The notes under the pieces were generated by a model, which made no database searches, had not been told where the DNA came from, and saw only the letters and a program-made list of their open reading frames with translations. From Pyrodictiaceae archaeon (GTDB lineage: Archaea; Thermoproteota; Thermoprotei_A; Sulfolobales; Pyrodictiaceae), in contig JALVSY010000016.1 of assembly GCA_027036135.1 (NCBI GenBank), forward strand, positions 320,001-384,000: 64,000 bases of DNA, given 5' to 3'. The position numbers and the translations under genes are program-made. Every line of letters begins with the position of its first letter. Position 1 is the first letter of the stretch. Of the stretch, positions 9,548 to 18,647 are shown one piece after another.

Positions 9548-10592
9548 TCCACGGGTTCTTTACCCTCTCCTCGACTGGGACCGCGAAGTCCTTGTTCTTG
9601 GTATAGAGTCCACTGCTCATACCTTCGGCGTAGGGGTTGCATCCACAAAGCCTCCCTACATCCTATCTAGTGTACGAGATACTTACAGGCCCGAGAAAGG
9701 CGGGATACACCCCCGCGAAGCCGCTGGTCACCATGCTCGTGTTGCTCCAGAGGTACTGGCGGAGGCTCTCCGAGTAGCTGGCATAAGCATGAATGACGTA
9801 GACGCCGTGGCTGTGGCTCTCGGCCCAGGACTGGGCCCTTGTCTCCGAGTAGGAGCCACGATTGCCCGTGGCCTGGCAGCCTACTACGGGAAGCCACTGG
9901 TCCCCGTTAACCACGCTATTGCCCATATAGAGGTAGGTAGACTCTACACGGGGCTCCAAGACCCCGTGATTCTCTACGTCTCTGGAGGAAACACGATGGT
10001 TGCTGCTTTCGCTAAGAAGCGGTACAGAGTATTCGGCGAGACCCTTGACGTCGCCCTCGGTAATCTCCTCGACACCTTTGCGAGGGATGCGGGGCTAGCC
10101 CCACCTTATATCGTGGAGGGACTACATGTTGTAGATAAGTGCGCAGAGGAGGCCACGGAGCCAGCAGATCTACCCTACGTAGTTAAGGGAATGGATGTAT
10201 CATTCTCCGGGCTCCTAACAGCAGCTCTACGGGCATGGCAACACGCCCGAAGCAAGGCTGAGAAGGCATCAATATGTCTAGGCCTCAGAGAAATCGCTTA
10301 TGGAGCAGCAGTCGAGGTAGCTGAAAGAGGGCTTGCACACACAAAGAAAAACGCGGTACTACTAACGGGCGGTGTAGCAGCAAGCCCTATTCTACGAGAG
10401 AAAATAGGGATCATGGCCTCCTATCACTCAGCTAATGCAGGTTGGCCCCCACCACCAATCGCGGGCGACAATGGAGCTATGATCGCGTGGGTAGGGCTTC
10501 TAAACTACCTAGCCGAGATAACCATTAACATTGATGAGTCTTTTGTTAGGCAGCGCTGGAGACCAGATGAGGTAGAAGTGCCGTGGAGATAA
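9501..10592 (+). CDS. kae1: KEOPS t6A transferase Kae1
   Basis: [39 protein letters not shown]. Overlaps rps27ae by 47 nt. Confidence 0.97.
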   Translation: MVNVDTPSSLGRPRGNPRVLYPLLDWDREVLVLGIESTAHTFGVGVASTKPPYILSSVRDTYRPEKGGIHPREAAGHHARVAPEVLAEALRVAGISMNDVDAVAVALGPGLGPCLRVGATIARGLAAYYGKPLVPVNHAIAHIEVGRLYTGLQDPVILYVSGGNTMVAAFAKKRYRVFGETLDVALGNLLDTFARDAGLAPPYIVEGLHVVDKCAEEATEPADLPYVVKGMDVSFSGLLTAALRAWQHARSKAEKASICLGLREIAYGAAVEVAERGLAHTKKNAVLLTGGVAASPILREKIGIMASYHSANAGWPPPPIAGDNGAMIAWVGLLNYLAEITINIDESFVRQRWRPDEVEVPWR

Positions 10593-11248
10593 CGAAAGAG
10601 CTAAAGCCAATACATCGGGGAGCTGAGGCCTATCTTTATCTCATTGACTGGTTTGGTAAAAAAGCAATACTTAAGCATAGGCTTCCAAAGAAGTATCGTC
10701 ACAGCAAGCTTGACACTCTTCTGCGTAGAAGAAGAACGGTTGCAGAGGTACGTGCAATCAAGGAAGCACTAAGGATAGGAGTAATGGTGCCAGCAATATA
10801 CTATGTAGATCCCATAGAGGCTATTATAGTGATGGAGTATCTGCCGTACCCGAGTCTTAGCGGCATCATAGAGGGAGGCGACCTAGAGAAGGCTATCAGG
10901 GCGAGTGAGCAAGTAGGGCGATATGCTGCAAAGCTTCATGAAGAGGGTATAAGCCATGGAGACCTAACGACGAGCAACGTTCTCGTAGGAGACCATGTCT
11001 ACCTAATAGATTTTGGGCTAGCCTCTCTTCACAGCACTGAGAGAGATAATGCAGTGGATGTGCACCTCTTTCTCCGGAGCCTCGAGTCCACGCACCCAGA
11101 GCACGTGGACACAGTGTTTCGGGCATTTCTAGATGGTTATCGCAGCATTAGGGGAGAAAAGACGGAGAAGATACTAGGCCTCGTAGAAGAGATAAGGCTT
11201 ATGGGTCGATACAAGGCCGAGAGGAGGACACTATGGGGGCAACAATAG
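10583..11248 (+). CDS. bud32: KEOPS kinase/ATPase Bud32
   Basis: RGAEA, KKYRH, HGDLTTSN, IDFGLA, AVDVHLF. Confidence 0.96.
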   Translation: MEITKELKPIHRGAEAYLYLIDWFGKKAILKHRLPKKYRHSKLDTLLRRRRTVAEVRAIKEALRIGVMVPAIYYVDPIEAIIVMEYLPYPSLSGIIEGGDLEKAIRASEQVGRYAAKLHEEGISHGDLTTSNVLVGDHVYLIDFGLASLHSTERDNAVDVHLFLRSLESTHPEHVDTVFRAFLDGYRSIRGEKTEKILGLVEEIRLMGRYKAERRTLWGQQ

Positions 11249-11799
11249 CAATAGCCACGGGTAATCGCCACAAGGTCGAGGAAATAAACAACGTGCTTCG
11301 CGGGTGCGGGTACCAGGTAGAACCCGTAGATGCCCCGAAGATAGAGATACAGAGTGATAGCCTAGTAGAAATAGCCCTGTTCGCAGCATCCACAGCCTAT
11401 AGTCTACTTCATAGACCAGTTATTGTCGAGGATTCTGGGTTGTTCATAGAGTCCCTGAACGGCTTTCCCGGGCCCTACTCTGCCTACGTCTATAAAACCA
11501 TAGGCATCAATGGAGTACTGAGGCTATTAGGTAGCAGAAGTGATAGGAAGGCTTACTTCAAGTCAGTAATAGCACTAGCATATAGAGATGGCATAGTAGT
11601 GTTCGAGGCAGAGGCACCCGGAGAAATAGCCAGAGAGCCCCGGGGGACCCAAGGCTTCGGCTTCGACCCAATATTCGTCCCCGAGGGCTCGGAGAAGACT
11701 TTCGCCGAGATGAGCCTAGAAGAGAAGAATACGTTCTCTCACAGAGGCAAGGCAGCTAAGAAATTATGCACGTGGCTCAAGGAACATGATATCAAGTAG
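11233..11799 (+). CDS. rdgB: XTP/dITP diphosphatase (HAM1/RdgB)
   Basis: ATGNRHKVEE, EDSGL, GFPGPYS, GFGFDPIF, SHRGKA. Confidence 0.96.
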   Translation: MGATIAIATGNRHKVEEINNVLRGCGYQVEPVDAPKIEIQSDSLVEIALFAASTAYSLLHRPVIVEDSGLFIESLNGFPGPYSAYVYKTIGINGVLRLLGSRSDRKAYFKSVIALAYRDGIVVFEAEAPGEIAREPRGTQGFGFDPIFVPEGSEKTFAEMSLEEKNTFSHRGKAAKKLCTWLKEHDIK

Positions 11800-11850
11800 T
11801 CAAGCCCCGCTCTATTTATAAGGGCTAGGATAACCCGGTTCCAGAACACA

Positions 11851-11944
11851 CGGCGGTCTCTCAAGAGGCCCCTGGGGGAGCAGGGGCCGCTCCTAGGACG
11901 CAAGAGAGGGCTCCTGCTCACCTCGCATCGGAGGTGCGTGTAGA
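11851..11944 (+). promoter_or_regulatory. Structured 5' leader of rps15 (candidate autoregulatory element)
   Basis: TATA TTTATAA at about 11815-11821. Helices GGTCTC/GAGGCC, GAGCAGGGGCC (11878-11888)/GGCTCCTGCTC (11909-11919), and CACCTC/GAGGTG, which masks the SD. Confidence 0.55.
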
Positions 11945-12424
11945 GTGGCAGGTAAGAGGAGGAAGAAGGGTAGGTCACACTCTACGAGGCCAGCGAGCCC
12001 AGCCATACCTAAGTGGGTTCAGTACGATCCCGAGGAGATAGAGGAGATAATCGTTGACCTAGCTAGGAAAGGCTACGGCCCAAGCATGATAGGTATTATA
12101 CTGCGTGACCAGTTCGGCATCCCGCTAGTTAAGCCAATACTGGGTAAAACCATAACCGAGGTACTGGAAGAGCATGGAATAAAGATGGTCGTTCCCGAGG
12201 ACCTATTCCGTCTCATCCAGAAAGCGGTTAATCTTAGGAGACACCTAGAGGAGCACCCGAAGGACACGCATGCAAAGAAGGGTCTACTAGACCTAGAGGC
12301 AAAGATAAGGCGGATAGTCAAGTACTATAAGCGTGAAGGCAAGCTACCACCTGACTGGAAGTATGATCCGCAGCAGGCTAAGCTACTGATAGCTGGCGGT
12401 CTCTACGTCGTCGAGAAACAGTAA
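11945..12424 (+). CDS. rps15: 30S ribosomal protein uS15 (S15/S13e)
   Basis: [39 protein letters not shown]. Confidence 0.98.
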   Translation: MAGKRRKKGRSHSTRPASPAIPKWVQYDPEEIEEIIVDLARKGYGPSMIGIILRDQFGIPLVKPILGKTITEVLEEHGIKMVVPEDLFRLIQKAVNLRRHLEEHPKDTHAKKGLLDLEAKIRRIVKYYKREGKLPPDWKYDPQQAKLLIAGGLYVVEKQ

Positions 12425-12479
12425 GGAGTCAGCTCAGCGAAGGCTTTCCTAAAAGTTTTCTCCATACTAATAGTCCTCC

Positions 12480-13829
12480 TTGACTCAGTGCAACAGCTTT
12501 TCTTCCACAGCATCATCACTAGTCAAGCTGGGGGAATCAGTGTCTCTTGACAAGGCCTTCGAGAAAATTATTAGCGAGAAAGAGGCAGCGCTGCTAAGAC
12601 CAGCAGCTAGCCAGGTAGGAGCAGCGCTCAAGGAGTACAACTATCTCGAAATCTATGCTTTCCCCTCAATAGACTCCTTGTTAGCCGCTGGAATAGCTGT
12701 TAACGTTCTCCTCAAAAGCAACATAGATTTTACACTAAGTATTCGTGCATCGGCACCTAGGGAGCTAACCGAGCCCTCGCTTCTCCTTGGCTATCCGGCT
12801 CAAAGCGCCCAAGAGATAAGGGCTCAGAGACCATCAGCCCTCATAGGTATAGGGGAAAAGCCAGCAGGGCTCCTCCACATAGCGGTGACCTCGTCGAGCG
12901 ACTCTAGTATCGCGGCTTTAACAGCAGCAGTATTCTCTGAGCTAACAGTTGTTGGTTATCCCTCGATATACGGGCTCATAGCTGGTTATTGGAGAGGACT
13001 AGACAAGGGCAAGAAGGCCTCCTTCATTGGGATAGAGGCTAGCATCGCGGAGATGCTTAAGCTTGAAAACAAGGTAGAGGAATTGTTTAATCTGAAGCTG
13101 TTTCGTTGGCCAGAGATAGCAACAGAAGAAGCTATGGCCAGGACGCTTGACCCCTATTTACCAGGGCTAAGCGGCGACCTAGACACATGTACCAAGCTGC
13201 TCAGGGAGGATCTGCGCCTAGCAAAGCTACTTGGTAAGAGGCTAGAGGAGGCACCGGAGCAGAGTATTGCAACACTTGGAGAAAAACTATATGAGCTCCT
13301 AAAGAAGAAGAGTAAGGGCCCGAGACGCCCAACAGACGTCATAGGTATAAGCTATTATAGCCAAGTATTCCCTCTACGGGATCTAAGAGAAGCTGTTTAT
13401 GTCTTATCACACTATGTCGCAAAAGGGTATGCCAAACAGGTCTCACTAATAACTGTGGATGAACTAGCTATATCGGCTGCAGCTCTCTACCTCTACACAA
13501 AGAACTTCCCAGGCATTGTAGAGACAGTCAACGAGCTAATAACCAGGAATACACAGGGAAGCCTCGTACTTAACCGAGTCAAAATAAGGAAAACAAGTAT
13601 TGAAAGAGAGTACGTGCCGATAGCTGAGAGAGTTCTCAGACAACTAGGCTACCTAGGAGAACAGGAGATACTGGGCACCGAGGCCGAGGAAGGGCTCCTA
13701 GTCCTTGCAGAGGACTTGCTCCAGGGACTAGGCCCTGGGAGCTTCATGGATTACATGTCACGCGGGTGCATAGAGTACCTGGAGGGAACGATATTTGCAA
13801 AAATCAACGAGGAGAAGTGCAGACAATAA
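12480..13829 (+). CDS. Degenerate DHH/RecJ-family protein of the rps15-pcc1-rps3ae cluster
   Basis: Syntenic position. PSIDSLLAAGI resembles DxDGxxS, and TLDPYLPGLSGD is typical of this family. No DHH motif. Confidence 0.6.
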   Translation: MTQCNSFSSTASSLVKLGESVSLDKAFEKIISEKEAALLRPAASQVGAALKEYNYLEIYAFPSIDSLLAAGIAVNVLLKSNIDFTLSIRASAPRELTEPSLLLGYPAQSAQEIRAQRPSALIGIGEKPAGLLHIAVTSSSDSSIAALTAAVFSELTVVGYPSIYGLIAGYWRGLDKGKKASFIGIEASIAEMLKLENKVEELFNLKLFRWPEIATEEAMARTLDPYLPGLSGDLDTCTKLLREDLRLAKLLGKRLEEAPEQSIATLGEKLYELLKKKSKGPRRPTDVIGISYYSQVFPLRDLREAVYVLSHYVAKGYAKQVSLITVDELAISAAALYLYTKNFPGIVETVNELITRNTQGSLVLNRVKIRKTSIEREYVPIAERVLRQLGYLGEQEILGTEAEEGLLVLAEDLLQGLGPGSFMDYMSRGCIEYLEGTIFAKINEEKCRQ

Positions 13830-14103
13830 GCAGCTAATCCGGGTAGAATTATTAATAGAGACAAATAACCCGGAGGAAGCACAAGCACTACTCAGTGCTA
13901 TAAGACCCGATGATAAGACAGCACCATCGTGGCTAACTATAAGAGAAAAGCAAGACGGGCACTATATACGCATAGTCGTGGAGGCAGAGGATACACGGAG
14001 GCTAGGAAGCGTGAGAAACACTGTTGACGAGATACTGGAGTTCCTATACTCGCTGCTAAAGAGCATAGAGGAGACTGCTAAGACTTTAAAGCAGGCAGAC
14101 TAG
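13795..14103 (+). CDS. pcc1: KEOPS subunit Pcc1
   Basis: AIRPDD, LGSVRNTVDEIL. Position before rps3ae. Confidence 0.85.
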   Translation: MQKSTRRSADNKQLIRVELLIETNNPEEAQALLSAIRPDDKTAPSWLTIREKQDGHYIRIVVEAEDTRRLGSVRNTVDEILEFLYSLLKSIEETAKTLKQAD

Positions 14104-14129
14104 GAGCGAGGAATGGGGGTAGGACTGTA

Positions 14130-14780
14130 ATGAGTCGTCGCCGCTACGGTGGTACGCGAGATACTTGGCGTCTAAAGAAGTGGTACGAGGTAATAGCTCC
14201 CCCTGTGTTCGGGAACGCGGTGCTCGGTACGACACCGGCAGATGACCCGAGGAAGCTAATCGGTAGAGTAATGGAGACAACACTCTATGATATAACTGGC
14301 GACTTCTCGCTAGTACATGTTCATCTATACTTCCAGATAATCGATGTAGACGAGGAGAATCTCAAAGCTTATACTAGGTTTAAAGGCCACGAACTTGCAA
14401 GGGACTATATGAAGAGCTTCATTCGCAGGAAGAGCAGCAAGGTTCAGGGCATATACAATGTTGTGACAAAAGATGGGTACGGGCTAAGGATAACAGGCGT
14501 AGTACTTACAACGTATCGGTGCAAGACAAGCCAAAAGAAAGCAATAAGGAAGATAATGGGCGAGATCATAACAAAGCGCACGGCAGAGATGACTCTAGAC
14601 GAGCTAATCAAGGCAATGCTATTCGGCCAGCTCGCTAACGAAATATTCGAGGCAGCCAAGAAGATATACCCGATAAGAAAAGTTGAGATATACAAGTCAA
14701 AGCTACTAACCATACCAGGCCCCGAGGGCAAGCCACAACCAGCAGTAGTAGTTTCACCTCTAATGTACGAGCGTCGCTAA
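14130..14780 (+). CDS. rps3ae: 30S ribosomal protein S3ae (eS1)
   Basis: RDTWRLKKWY, LIGRVMETTLYDITGDF, KKIYPIRKVEIYKSK. Confidence 0.98.
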   Translation: MSRRRYGGTRDTWRLKKWYEVIAPPVFGNAVLGTTPADDPRKLIGRVMETTLYDITGDFSLVHVHLYFQIIDVDEENLKAYTRFKGHELARDYMKSFIRRKSSKVQGIYNVVTKDGYGLRITGVVLTTYRCKTSQKKAIRKIMGEIITKRTAEMTLDELIKAMLFGQLANEIFEAAKKIYPIRKVEIYKSKLLTIPGPEGKPQPAVVVSPLMYERR

Positions 14781-14930
14781 GTATATTCCAGTCATTTTAC
14801 ACATGTAACGAATATCTCTACTTGATTATTTCTAGCAGGAGTTAGTGCTAAGAAACAGCTTTGTTATCACAAGCCCCTTTCCTCGCTACGGGGGTTAAGT
14901 AATCTCTAGCTCTCCTAAGGTGCATGTAGA

Positions 14931-16055
14931 GTGAGCGAGAAGGGTCCATGCGACTACATATTAGTGAAGACGGTTCTAGGAATGGAGCATGTGGCTGCAA
15001 GCTACATACGAGACATAGACCCTTTAGCAGAGGTTATACCCTCTCCTCGCGGATTTAAGGGCCTTGTGCTTGTTAAGCCATCGAGGGATAAGCACGAAGT
15101 AGCAAGGAAGATAGAGGCCGAGGTCCCGGAGGCTGAGAAGGTCCTAGTCATAGAGGGTTGTGCACCTGCTCAACCCGAGGAGATAGCCGAGGTGGCTGCA
15201 AGCCTTGCGCCCCACTATATAAGCTCCAGTGAGACTTTTGCAGTCAGAACTACGCGTCGAGGCCGCCACAGCTTTACCAGTATTGATGTGAACGTTATTG
15301 TAGGCGATGCGGTGCGAAAAGCGACGGGGGCAAGCGTTAACTTGAGATACCCAGACAAGGTGGTCGCGGTCGAGATAATTGCTGACAAGGCATTCATAGC
15401 CTTCTACCCTGGATCGAAAGAATGGAAAAAGATGAGACCGGGCAAGTATCCTCTCTATAAGCTCTTCAGAAAGATAGCGATAGTTCAGATGCCTTACCTG
15501 GGTCCTCTCGATGCGTGTAAGACTATGGGGGTTCGCGTGGGGAGAGAGGTTCAGAACTTCGAAGTAGGCGAGCTGGTCATAGCACCTATAGGCCTCGTGG
15601 ATGCTCTCCAACTAAAGACGTTCCTAGAGGGTGTCTTTGAGGGAATAGAGTCCAGGTACCAGATTCAGAGAAAGAGCTATGGGAGGAAGACCCGCAGAGT
15701 TCCTGTATACTTGCAGGACTTGTACCAGCTTGTTAGGGCTAGGAGCAACGAAGCAATCATAGTGTTTGAGCCCGAGGGAGAGCACGTATCCAAGAAGGCA
15801 GAGGAGATACTAAAGCTGGTTAAGCGCTACCCGAGAATAAACATGTTGTTTGGTTCGAGAGAGGGCGTACCAGAGGGTGTCTATCGGTTTGCCGATCTAG
15901 TGCTGGATATAGCGCCAGGGATAACTCTTTCAACAGAGTATGCTGCTGCATCAGCATTAATAGCTGTTGCAAGTGTAATACATGATTATCTAGCTGAGGA
16001 GCTAGCTGAGGAGGAAGAACAAGAAGCAGGCAAAGCAAATAAACAAAACAAGTGA
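14931..16055 (+). CDS. THUMP-domain + SPOUT-like RNA methyltransferase
   Basis: THUMP (FAVRTTRRG, VNLRYPDKVVAVEII) followed by SPOUT knot (FGSREGVP, DLVLDIAPGITLSTE). Confidence 0.85.
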   Translation: MSEKGPCDYILVKTVLGMEHVAASYIRDIDPLAEVIPSPRGFKGLVLVKPSRDKHEVARKIEAEVPEAEKVLVIEGCAPAQPEEIAEVAASLAPHYISSSETFAVRTTRRGRHSFTSIDVNVIVGDAVRKATGASVNLRYPDKVVAVEIIADKAFIAFYPGSKEWKKMRPGKYPLYKLFRKIAIVQMPYLGPLDACKTMGVRVGREVQNFEVGELVIAPIGLVDALQLKTFLEGVFEGIESRYQIQRKSYGRKTRRVPVYLQDLYQLVRARSNEAIIVFEPEGEHVSKKAEEILKLVKRYPRINMLFGSREGVPEGVYRFADLVLDIAPGITLSTEYAAASALIAVASVIHDYLAEELAEEEEQEAGKANKQNK

Positions 16056-16104
16056 GACAACGTATGCTATATCATTGTCGCAAGTCTTGATTATTGTGTT
16101 ATGC

Positions 16105-16671
16105 CTAGAAACTGCTTAGTCCCCATTCCCTAAGAGCCCTAGCTACGGCCTTTGCCAGAATAGGGTCCCTTCTCCCAAGATCTCTTATGAGTCTACGTAG
16201 CCTCTGGCGAGGATCAGGTCTTCTTGGCTGGCGCCTACGCCTAGGAATACTTGGCTGAGGCGGGTTCACATACTCGTCTATGTCCTTATAAAGGCTCTCT
16301 CTAGGCTCACTCGCTGAAGCTGGCTCAATAGCGACCTGCGCGTCTTGGAGAATTTTTTGAACCTCGTTGCTTAGATTCTCCTCTCTGATATTCTTTAGGG
16401 CTTCTAGTACGTCTTTTAGCGGCTCCTCTCCCCTCTCCTCTAGGAATCGTATAAGGAAGGCATTAGCTATTATAGCTGCCAGCATGCTTGCAACGCGACG
16501 AGCCTCACCGAGACCAGAGTCTATTGGTTTCAGAGGAGAGTAAACAGCATCGGCTGAAGCCATAAGGGCTCTAGCGCATTTCTTTGGCTCAAGTTCTCCC
16601 TCGAGGCAATTCGTCTTTATGGTGTTAAGTGACGAAGCAACAATGCTTGTCATCATGTTTCTCCAGGCCAA
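16105..16671 (-). CDS. Hypothetical protein with Arg-rich C-terminus
   Basis: 188-aa ORF with SD-like GGAGGT upstream. No recognised motif. Confidence 0.65.
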   Translation of the reverse strand: MAWRNMMTSIVASSLNTIKTNCLEGELEPKKCARALMASADAVYSPLKPIDSGLGEARRVASMLAAIIANAFLIRFLEERGEEPLKDVLEALKNIREENLSNEVQKILQDAQVAIEPASASEPRESLYKDIDEYVNPPQPSIPRRRRQPRRPDPRQRLRRLIRDLGRRDPILAKAVARALREWGLSSF

Positions 16672-16834
16672 GGCAGGGCTCAGCCCCTCAGCTACCTCCT
16701 ATACACCGAGGCGCCACGAGGGTTTTTAGCCTATACACATACCGTTTAACCTCCCTCCTCCTCGGATTTTTATAAACTCCTGGGCCTACTCGGCTAAATG
16801 ATAAAGCTTGACCAGTTAGTCTTTTTGCAACCGG

Positions 16835-17509
16835 GTGGCGCGGATGCTAAGGCTACTAGTAGTCTCTGATGTACACGCAGTCATGAGGCATGTTAGAGCC
16901 TTGAGAGACGTTAAGAGAGACATAACCGTGGTTGCAGGGGACTTAGCCTCGTGTGGCTCATTAGAGGAGGCTAGAAGTGTGCTAGAGGAGCTAGTATCCC
17001 AGGGTCCCCCCGTTGTCTGGGTGCCAGGTAACTGTGATACGAGAGAGACACTAGACCTACGCCTTGACAACGCCTACCTGGTTCACGAGAGAGTAGTTGA
17101 GCTCGAGGGCCTAGTCTTCACGGGGCTCGGTGGCTCCATATACACGCCGTTCAATACGCCATTCGAGTATAGTGACGAGGAACTAGGAGCAAGACTGGCT
17201 CCTCTACTTGAGAAGATAGGAGAGGAGAAAATGGGATCCACAATCCTCGTAGTCCACAACCCGCCTTATAGGAGTGGCCTAGACCTAGTCCGAGGCGGCG
17301 AGTACGTCGGGAGCAAAAAGCTCAGAGAACTCGTAGCGAAGTATCAGCCACGCTTGCTCTTAACGGGGCATATACACGAGGCCTCCGGGGTCACTAACAT
17401 AGGAAGGACGCTCCTAGTAAACCCGGGTCCGCTCCAGAGAGGCCACTACGCCCTAGTGCTGATAGATGTTGAGAACAGCGTCTATGTTGCAAGGCTAAAG
17501 AAGCTCTAG
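16835..17509 (+). CDS. Calcineurin-like metallophosphoesterase (Icc-like)
   Basis: SDVH, AGD, PGNCD, HNPP, GHIHE, NPG. Confidence 0.93.
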   Translation: MARMLRLLVVSDVHAVMRHVRALRDVKRDITVVAGDLASCGSLEEARSVLEELVSQGPPVVWVPGNCDTRETLDLRLDNAYLVHERVVELEGLVFTGLGGSIYTPFNTPFEYSDEELGARLAPLLEKIGEEKMGSTILVVHNPPYRSGLDLVRGGEYVGSKKLRELVAKYQPRLLLTGHIHEASGVTNIGRTLLVNPGPLQRGHYALVLIDVENSVYVARLKKL

Positions 17510-17521
17510 GAGCAGTGAAGG

Positions 17522-17585
17522 GCCTCAGAAATCCCGGCCTTCTCCTCACAACTATTGCTCGGCGAAGAGCGCTCTCCTCATAGGC
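17522..17585 (-). ncRNA. Box C/D guide sRNA candidate
   Basis: Minus strand GCCT-ATGAGGA(C)-GAGCGCTCTTCG-CCGA(D')-GCAATAGTT-GTGAGGA(C')-GAAGGCCGGGATTT-CTGA(D)-GGC, with terminal stem and canonical spacing. Confidence 0.7.
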
Positions 17586-17659
17586 TCCAATAAGCCGGGC
17601 AGAGGCGAGGGTAACTAATATAGTGTCTCTAGTCCTCCGCAGAGGCTGGGGGTAGGTTC

Positions 17660-17923
17660 ATGTCAACAGCGGGGCTCAAGGGGATAAACACTGTAGGCCA
17701 TAAGGGCTGGGTAACAGTCAAGTGCAGAATATGTGGCAAGAAGCTAGACCTAACACTCGACATAGTCTACGCTTGTCCATACTGCAAGGACAAGTATGAT
17801 GCATACTTCTGCGCAGCAGACGCTAAGCGGCTGCACTACAAGTGCCCCTTCTGCGGCAGACAGCTCGAACCCATAACGCCTTGGCTTAGAGCACAACAGC
17901 CACGCGGCAGAAGACCAAGATAA
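17660..17923 (+). CDS. Small Cys-rich zinc-finger protein (RING-like spacing)
   Basis: CxxC-x13-CxxC-x8-CxxD-x7-CxxC. SD GGGGGT upstream. Confidence 0.75.
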   Translation: MSTAGLKGINTVGHKGWVTVKCRICGKKLDLTLDIVYACPYCKDKYDAYFCAADAKRLHYKCPFCGRQLEPITPWLRAQQPRGRRPR

Positions 17924-18041
17924 TACGCGTTATTATTGTAAATATTGCTAGAATATTGTGTCTTTTTTTATCATAGTCACTAATAAGGCGTTTTCTGTAT
18001 AGCAGGCATCCCGTTAGGATAGTTTTTATGGGGACATCTAG

Positions 18042-18530
18042 GTGAGGAAGGAGAGGCCTAGCTTACCTGAGTTACCAGTTATTGAGGAGAAAGAGCTAGG
18101 CGTTAGGGAGTACTGGTATGAGACTTTTAGGAGAGTGCTCGTCATACCGCTGGCTAAGAAGAATTGTTACCTGCTCTCAATAGATGTATACAAGAGGCTA
18201 GAGCGCAATAGCACTATTAATCTAGTTTCCATAAGTGAACTCAGTGTACGGAGTAGCCATGTATCTCTACAATACTATGAGCTGGGCGAGGACTTAGCTA
18301 GAAGGGCTAGTATTCGTGGAGTCTCGCCGCTTTTGGCAGAGGTAGTAGCTGTTTCCTCTAACGACGGTCTCGAGATTAGTAATGTGAGGCTACAATATTG
18401 TGGACTTGATACAGTGCCAAGCTATGAGGAGGTAAGGAGTGTTTACAGAGAGGTTGTAAAGACGATAGAGGGTAGGGATCCCGAGCTAGAGCCTCTGGAC
18501 TCCATTCTCCGTAAAGATTCTAAACTATAG
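18042..18530 (+). CDS. Hypothetical protein
   Basis: 162-aa ORF with host-like codon usage. Confidence 0.65.
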   Translation: MRKERPSLPELPVIEEKELGVREYWYETFRRVLVIPLAKKNCYLLSIDVYKRLERNSTINLVSISELSVRSSHVSLQYYELGEDLARRASIRGVSPLLAEVVAVSSNDGLEISNVRLQYCGLDTVPSYEEVRSVYREVVKTIEGRDPELEPLDSILRKDSKL

Positions 18531-18647
18531 GCAGTTACGATGGGGGTTGAGGGTAATAAACTAGTTTCTGTCCCTACACTCAGTTTGGGGATTTTTGCCC
18601 CAGTTACTCATTTGAGATTGTAGCACTAATTGCCTTGGTGTAGTACT

